The notes beneath the pieces were generated by a model. It made no database searches and had not been told where the DNA came from. It saw only the letters and a program-made list of their open reading frames with translations. A program made the position numbers and the translations under genes. Shown piece by piece: positions 58,656 to 64,000 of a stretch of 64,000 nt of DNA. Each line of letters starts with the position of its first letter. Within the stretch, counting starts at the first letter, position 1. Origin of the DNA: Treponemataceae bacterium (lineage in GTDB: Bacteria; Spirochaetota; Spirochaetia; Treponematales; Rectinemataceae). The DNA lies in assembly GCA_963678065.2 (NCBI GenBank), contig CAXXVZ010000002.1, forward strand, positions 512,001 through 576,000. The letters run 5' to 3'.

Positions 58656-60146
58656 TCAGGTGCTCGAAGCGAGGACGAGATCGTCCTTGGTCGCCTTGTC
58701 GCCGGGAAGAAGGATTTTCATCCGTCCCTTGCTCATCACCAGGATGTCGTCCGAGAGCCGGAGAAGCTCTTCGTGTTCCGACGAAGCGATGATGAACGAG
58801 TACCCCTGGTCCGCGAGGTCTTGGATCAATGCCAGAATTTCCTGTTTCGCGCCGACGTCGACGCCGCGGGTCGGCTCGCTCATCACTATGAGCCGCGGAC
58901 GCAGGGCGAGCCAGCGGGCGATCAGCACTTTCTGCTGATTGCCGCCCGACAGGGAACTCACGGGCGCGTCGGGGCCGCTCATCTTGATGTGGACATCCTG
59001 CGACGCGCGGGCCGTCGCCTGGCGAAGCTTCTTTTCGTTCACGAACGCGCCGCCGGAAAAACGGTCGATGCCCGGCATGCACAGATTCAGTTTGACGTCC
59101 AGGTGGTGAAAAAGCCCGAGCTTCTTCCGGTCTTCCGGAACCATGCCGATACCATGGCCGATGGCCTCGGCGGGAGAGGAAATGCGACATTCCTTTCCGT
59201 CGATCAGGATCGTTCCGGAATCAGCCGGGGGGGAGCCGAACAGCGCGCGCGCGATCGCCGACCTGCCCGACCCGGCGAGTCCCGCTATTCCGAGGATGCC
59301 GCCCCGCGCGACAGAAAAACTGACATCGTCGAACTCCCCCCCGAGCCCGAGATTCCTGACCTGCAACAGGGTTTCCCCGCGCGGTTTGACCGTCCTGCGC
59401 ACCACCGTCTCCAGCCGCCTTCCCGCTATCATGGACGAGATCGCGCGGGTGTCGAACTCTCCCTTTTCCAAGGAGCCGATGAACGAGCCGTCGCGAAATA
59501 CGACAATCGAATCGCAGAGCGAAACCAGCTCTTCGAGCATGTGGCTGACGAACAGGAAAGTGACTCCGCGATCGCGAAGCCGCCGTATGATGGTGAACAG
59601 ACGCTCGACTTCCGGCGGTGTGAGCGCGGTAGTCGGTTCGTCGAGAATGATGAAGGATGCGTTCCGCGACAGGACGCGCACGAGAAGTGCGAGCTGCGTC
59701 TCGGCCGTCGAGCAGTCCCTGACGAGCCGCGTAGGATCGATGTCCTCTCCGAGCAGATCGGCGTACAGTCGCCGGCATTCCTCGTTCATGCGCTTCCAGT
59801 CGGGGGAGAGCCCCTTGCCCGGCATCGCCGGTCCCAGGAAGACATTGGCCGCGACCGACAGGTGGGGGCAGACGGGGATTTCCTGGTGGAACACGCTGAT
59901 CCCGCGCTTCTCCGCCTCTTCCGGACCCTTGGGGCGGTAGGCTTCTCCCCGGAGCTCAAGCGTGCCGGAATCCGGCTTGTGGACTCCGCAGAGGATTTTG
60001 ATGAGAGTGGATTTGCCGGCTCCGTTTTCTCCCGCAAGCCCGACAATGCTCCCCTTCTCCACGGAAAAGGAGACGGAATCGAGGGCCTTCGTGGATCCGA
60101 AGCTCTTGCTGATCGAGTGAATGGCAAGTATCGGGCTGCTGCTCAT
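58656..60146 (-). CDS. Monosaccharide ABC ATPase, tandem NBD (RbsA/MglA-like)
   Basis: GENGAGKST, LDEPTTAL, VSH, GLAGSGRS, PEDRK, LSGGNQQK, EPTRGVDVGAK. Confidence 0.93.
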   Translation of the reverse strand: MSSSPILAIHSISKSFGSTKALDSVSFSVEKGSIVGLAGENGAGKSTLIKILCGVHKPDSGTLELRGEAYRPKGPEEAEKRGISVFHQEIPVCPHLSVAANVFLGPAMPGKGLSPDWKRMNEECRRLYADLLGEDIDPTRLVRDCSTAETQLALLVRVLSRNASFIILDEPTTALTPPEVERLFTIIRRLRDRGVTFLFVSHMLEELVSLCDSIVVFRDGSFIGSLEKGEFDTRAISSMIAGRRLETVVRRTVKPRGETLLQVRNLGLGGEFDDVSFSVARGGILGIAGLAGSGRSAIARALFGSPPADSGTILIDGKECRISSPAEAIGHGIGMVPEDRKKLGLFHHLDVKLNLCMPGIDRFSGGAFVNEKKLRQATARASQDVHIKMSGPDAPVSSLSGGNQQKVLIARWLALRPRLIVMSEPTRGVDVGAKQEILALIQDLADQGYSFIIASSEHEELLRLSDDILVMSKGRMKILLPGDKATKDDLVLASST

Positions 60147-60155
60147 GGCTTCCCC

Positions 60156-60195
60156 GGCGGAATGCCGGACCCGTCAGTGGATCCGGCATTCCGCC
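60156..60195. other. 14-bp inverted repeat between binding-protein and ATPase genes
   Basis: GGCGGAATGCCGGA...TCCGGCATTCCGCC. Confidence 0.6.
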
Positions 60196-60297
60196 ATGCA
60201 GGTTTCATTGTCCGCTCGCGAAAGCGGCCGATGTGCGTATATGGTACCCGTGTCGCCGCGATGGCATTGCGCCTCGCCGCCGTGGCGACACGATCCG

Positions 60298-61251
60298 TCA
60301 GCGGTATCCCTTCGCCGCCAGATCCATGACCGCCTTCACGTTCTCGGCCGTGACGGGAGCGATGCCGGTGTTGATATCGCAGGGCGTCAGGCTGTACTTC
60401 TTGAGCAGATACAGTTCGACGACACTCTGGTATCCCTGCAGATAGGGTTGCTGATCGATCGTGAACGACATGGTGCCCTTGGTGATGCCCGCGAGCACAT
60501 CGGCGACGAGGTCGAAGCCTCCACCGACGACCTTGCCCTTGAGCTTGTCGCGCTCGATGATCTGGGCGATCGCCGAACCGGTCACGTCCTCGACCCCGAA
60601 CATTCCCTTGATCGCGGGATTGGCCTGGTAGGCGCTACCGATGAGGGACACCGCCTTGACCATGTCGGTTCCGGTAGCCACGACCCGGTACTTGAACTTT
60701 CCACCCTGGGCGTCCAGAACGTCTTTAACGCCCTTGATGCGGGCCTCGAGGTTTTCCGCGCCGGCGGTGTGGATGCACAGAAGAACGTCGCCGCCTGCGG
60801 GCAGGAGCTTGACGACCTGCCGTCCCATGGACTGTCCGGCCTCATAGTTGCCCTGGCCCACGTAGGCGAGGCGGCCGGAGGCCGGAGCGTCGGCGTTCAG
60901 CGCGATCACCGGTATGCCCTTCGACATCGCTTCCTTTACGACATCGTTGAACGCGGATGTGTCGGGCATCGTGGTCGCGATGCCATCGACTTTCTGGGCG
61001 ATGGCGGACTTGATGTAATCGATCTGTTTCTGGATGTCGAATCCGGAAGGCCCGGTGTAGACGACATCGCAGCCCAGGTCCTGGCCCGCTTCCTCGGCGC
61101 CTTTCCGTACGGGCACGAAGAAGGGAACCGCTGTGGCGTGTGTGATCACCACGAATTTATACTTTTTCGCCTGGGCCGCTCCGCTCATGACCGGCAGGGT
61201 CGCCAGAACCGCCGCGAGCAACAGTACCGATCCGAGACCTTTTCTGACCAT
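60298..61251 (-). CDS. Monosaccharide-binding periplasmic protein (RbsB-like)
   Basis: Signal peptide from MVRKGL, YVGQGNYEAG, GFD, IDQQPYLQGY; GAGG RBS. Confidence 0.9.
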   Translation of the reverse strand: MVRKGLGSVLLLAAVLATLPVMSGAAQAKKYKFVVITHATAVPFFVPVRKGAEEAGQDLGCDVVYTGPSGFDIQKQIDYIKSAIAQKVDGIATTMPDTSAFNDVVKEAMSKGIPVIALNADAPASGRLAYVGQGNYEAGQSMGRQVVKLLPAGGDVLLCIHTAGAENLEARIKGVKDVLDAQGGKFKYRVVATGTDMVKAVSLIGSAYQANPAIKGMFGVEDVTGSAIAQIIERDKLKGKVVGGGFDLVADVLAGITKGTMSFTIDQQPYLQGYQSVVELYLLKKYSLTPCDINTGIAPVTAENVKAVMDLAAKGYR

Positions 61252-61341
61252 GGAGTCCTCCTTGTTGTTCCCCTCCGCAGCCTGTTGAGGCGATCCGCGC
61301 GCCGGCCGGAGGGAGATCGAATGCAGGTGCACCGCCATGTC

Positions 61342-61357
61342 TGCACGTTTCATGCCA
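61342..61357 (-). promoter_or_regulatory. Sigma-54 (-24/-12) promoter of the sugar ABC operon
   Basis: Minus strand TGGCATGAAACGTGCA versus consensus TGGCACG-N4-TTGC(A/T), exact GG-N10-GC spacing, about 90 bp before the start. Confidence 0.72.
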
Positions 61358-61515
61358 GAGAACATACAATGCCCGCATTTCCGGAAATATCCTGAAGATT
61401 CGCGCGAGATTACATCGTTTTCAAGTATCCGCGTTCTTTTGCGCACCAGAACACGTTATCTGGGCGGAGGCGGCGGTCTGGAAACGATTCCGGCTTGCGG
61501 GAACCGGGAAGCGGT

Positions 61516-61563
61516 TGTACAGTAAATGTACAGCCTGAACAGCGAGTGTACAAAATTTGAACA
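61516..61563. promoter_or_regulatory. Tandem enhancer (UAS) sites for the sigma-54 activator
   Basis: TGTACAGTAAATGTACA (61516-61532) and TGTACAAAATTTGAACA (61547-61563), both TGT-N11-ACA, 31 bp apart. Confidence 0.6.
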
Positions 61564-62894
61564 CGACCATCCTGATCGTCGACGACCGGATCATGCTCTG
61601 CGAAAGTCTCCAGGCGAGCCTGGAAGAACGGGGTTACCGCGTCCTCATCGCGACCTCGGGCGGCATGGCGGTCGACATGTTCCACAACGAGAACATCCAG
61701 GCTGTCCTGCTCGACATCCGGCTCGGCGAGGAGGACGGAATGACTATCCTCCCGCGCCTCGCGACGATCGATCCCCTGGTTCCGGTGATCGTGATAACCG
61801 GCTACGGGACGGTGGAAAGCGCCGTGACCGCGATCAAGGAAGGGGCATTCGATTATCTCGAGAAGCCCGTCAAGGTCGAAAAACTGCTCATCGTCCTGGA
61901 GAACGCGATCCGGATGTCCGCCCTGGCGCGGGAAAACCGCGAACTGAAACGGAAAGGCTGCCTCTTCGCCTTCACGACCCGTTCAAGGGACATGAAATCT
62001 ATGCTCGAACGCGTGACCCGACTCGCGATCTCCGATTTGCCCATACTCATCCGGGGGGAGAGCGGCACCGGAAAGGAGCTGGTGGCGGAATACATCCACC
62101 AGACTTCGCCGCGGGCCCAGGGAACGCTCGAAAAGATCAACTGCGCCGCCTTCCCGGAAAGCCTGCTCGACAATGAACTGTTCGGCCACGAGAAGGGAGC
62201 CTTCACCGGCGCGGATTCGGTTTTCCGCGGAGTGTTCGAGCGGGCCCATGGTGGTACGCTCTTCCTGGACGAAGTCGGCGACATGCCCCCCGCTATCCAG
62301 GCCAAGATCCTGCGGGCGATACAGAACAAGGAAATCAGGCGGATCGGCGGATCGACCACGATCAAGGTCGACATCCGCTTCCTGGCCGCCACGAACCAGG
62401 ACCTCGAGACCCTGGTCGCGGAGGGCGCTTTCCGCAGCGATCTTCTGTACAGGCTCAATGCCGCGACGGTGCGGGTGCCCCTGCTTTGCGAGCGACCGGA
62501 AGACATTGTGCCGCTCGCCGAAAAAATGCTCGCCGACCTGGCGTCCGCGGACCGCCAGTGGCGACTATCCCCGGAAGCCGCGGTCGCCCTGGAGCGCTAT
62601 TCCTGGCCGGGCAATGTGCGCGAACTGAAAAGTGCGGTCCACTATGCCTGCACTGTCGCCCTCGATCCCATGATCCGGGAGCGCGACCTGCCCGAGAGCC
62701 TCGCCCTTCCCGTATCAGAGGACAGGAGACTCGGAGTGAGGGAAGGCGCCGAACGCTCCCTCATCCTGCGCACTTTGTCGGAGACCGGACACAACAAGAA
62801 GAAATCTGCGCAGATCCTTCAGATGAGCAGGGTGACGCTGTACAATAAGATGAAGAAGTATGGAATCGGAAGCGACGCCCCTCGTCCGGCTTGA
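61557..62894 (+). CDS. Sigma-54-dependent response regulator (NtrC/AtoC family; REC-AAA+-Fis HTH)
   Basis: IVDD, LLD phosphoacceptor, GESGTGKE, ELFGHEKGAFTGA, LFLDEVG, WPGNVREL, SRVTLYNKMKKY; TTG start. Confidence 0.95.
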   Translation: MNTTILIVDDRIMLCESLQASLEERGYRVLIATSGGMAVDMFHNENIQAVLLDIRLGEEDGMTILPRLATIDPLVPVIVITGYGTVESAVTAIKEGAFDYLEKPVKVEKLLIVLENAIRMSALARENRELKRKGCLFAFTTRSRDMKSMLERVTRLAISDLPILIRGESGTGKELVAEYIHQTSPRAQGTLEKINCAAFPESLLDNELFGHEKGAFTGADSVFRGVFERAHGGTLFLDEVGDMPPAIQAKILRAIQNKEIRRIGGSTTIKVDIRFLAATNQDLETLVAEGAFRSDLLYRLNAATVRVPLLCERPEDIVPLAEKMLADLASADRQWRLSPEAAVALERYSWPGNVRELKSAVHYACTVALDPMIRERDLPESLALPVSEDRRLGVREGAERSLILRTLSETGHNKKKSAQILQMSRVTLYNKMKKYGIGSDAPRPA

Positions 62895-64000
62895 GGGTAT
62901 ACAGGTCCGATACGGCAGTCTCACCGTGCTGGGGAACCTGCATTTTTCCCTTGTCCCCGGAGAAATCCACGCGATAGTCGGCGAACACGGCGCGGGCAAG
63001 TCCACGCTGGCCCGGGTGATCGCCGGAGCGATCAGACCGTCGGCCGGCCGGGTTTCCTGGGAGGGGCGGCAGAGGGCTTTCTTCAACCGCGACATAGCGC
63101 GGAACCTCGGCATCGAGTTCGTCGCGCAGGAGACGAGCATCTTCCGTCACCAGTCGGTGGCCTTCAATCTTCTCGTCAACAGGAAAAGTCTTTTCCCCGG
63201 CCCGCTCTTCAGCCCGCACCGGAATGTCGAAGAGGCGGAGCGCTACCTCGCGCGGATGGGCGTATCGATACCGGCGCGCGCCCTCATGGAGGGGCTCGCC
63301 CTCCCGGACAGGGTACTCATCGACATCCTGAGCTGCCTGTACGCGGGGCCGCGGCTCCTTATCCTGGACGAGGCCCTCGAAAAGCTGTCCGCCGAGGACC
63401 TCGCCAGGGTCCGCCCGCTCCTGCGGGGCATAGCCCGCTCAGGCGGCTGTGTCCTTGTGATCACCCACCGGATCGACGACATGTACAATCTCGCCGACAG
63501 CCTCACCATTCTCCGCGCGGGCAAAATCCTGATGACGGACAGGGTGCGCAACATCGACAAGGTGAGTGTCATCAAGCTCGCCTACACACAGATCATGAGC
63601 CGTCCGGAAGCCGAGGACATGAACGAGGAATTCCACCACTTCCTCAAGTACAACGAGGCGGTTCTCGAACATCTTCCGGTCAGCCTGGTGATCGTCGACC
63701 GGAACGGGAAGATCAAAATGTACAACCGCCGGGCGCAGGAATTTTTCGACCTGCCGCAGGTGCCGGCTGGAGAGCGGGGGATCGAACTCCTTTTCCGGCC
63801 GGAGGAAGAGGACGCTATCGCCGCGGTTTCCGCGGCGATAGAGAGGCGGGTTCTGGATTGCGCGTACGGCATGAGGCTCCGGAAAGGAAAGGGCGACCGG
63901 ACGGTCGATTTTACGTACAATCCCATTTTCGACGGGGATCACTTCATAGGGAGCATGCTGATCTTCAATGACATCACCGAGCAGGAAGAGCTGCGCGCGG
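62860..64000 (+). CDS. Partial ORF (runs off window): RbsA-like ABC ATPase domain fused to a PAS domain; probable sensor histidine kinase
   Basis: Hand-translated, no stop in 380 codons: GEHGAGKST, FVAQE, LLILDE, VITH, then VLEHLPVSLVIVDRNGKIKMYN...LIFNDITEQEELRA; overlaps the regulator 3' end by 35 bp. Confidence 0.85.
   Translation, partial: MESEATPLVRLEGIQVRYGSLTVLGNLHFSLVPGEIHAIVGEHGAGKSTLARVIAGAIRPSAGRVSWEGRQRAFFNRDIARNLGIEFVAQETSIFRHQSVAFNLLVNRKSLFPGPLFSPHRNVEEAERYLARMGVSIPARALMEGLALPDRVLIDILSCLYAGPRLLILDEALEKLSAEDLARVRPLLRGIARSGGCVLVITHRIDDMYNLADSLTILRAGKILMTDRVRNIDKVSVIKLAYTQIMSRPEAEDMNEEFHHFLKYNEAVLEHLPVSLVIVDRNGKIKMYNRRAQEFFDLPQVPAGERGIELLFRPEEEDAIAAVSAAIERRVLDCAYGMRLRKGKGDRTVDFTYNPIFDGDHFIGSMLIFNDITEQEELRA

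Overview
GC-rich bacterial chromosome segment, most likely from a free-living spirochaete (inferred from the long Treponema-type Prs, the enolase sequence and a DUF6675-like protein). In order: (1) a 14-kb minus-strand phosphorus-acquisition block (pstSCAB-phoU, alkaline phosphatase, two exported metallophosphoesterases, a TIM-barrel enzyme and a Ugp-like ABC importer); (2) a FIST/NosP protein coupled to a hybrid histidine kinase whose first PAS domain is a cysteine-less LOV-like domain; (3) a GH94 cellobiose-type phosphorylase, MFS, hydrolase-PadR and a diguanylate cyclase; (4) a DNA-repair-like trio (Nth-like glycosylase, EndoQ-like PHP/Zn-finger fused to UvrD helicase, HAD); (5) MocR/EamA, mgsA, AEC transporter, yaeQ and a LacI-controlled sugar ABC plus FAD oxidoreductase; (6) a small accessory/defence islet (collapsed hsdR relic, AAA-DUF4143, hipBA-like pair, DUF1801, low-GC GNAT); (7) core genes eno, parAB, nifU-like, Na/Pi symporter, HAD, prs; (8) a sugar ABC operon with a sigma-54 promoter and enhancer, divergent from an NtrC-type regulator and an ORF absent from the supplied track (62860 to window end) that fuses an RbsA-like ABC ATPase domain to a PAS domain and probably continues into a histidine kinase. 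That last locus is the best candidate for an undescribed system: transporter-coupled signalling through an ABC-ATPase-sensor fusion. No rRNA, tRNA, CRISPR array or intact mobile element was seen. All family calls come from motif recognition by eye, not database searches.
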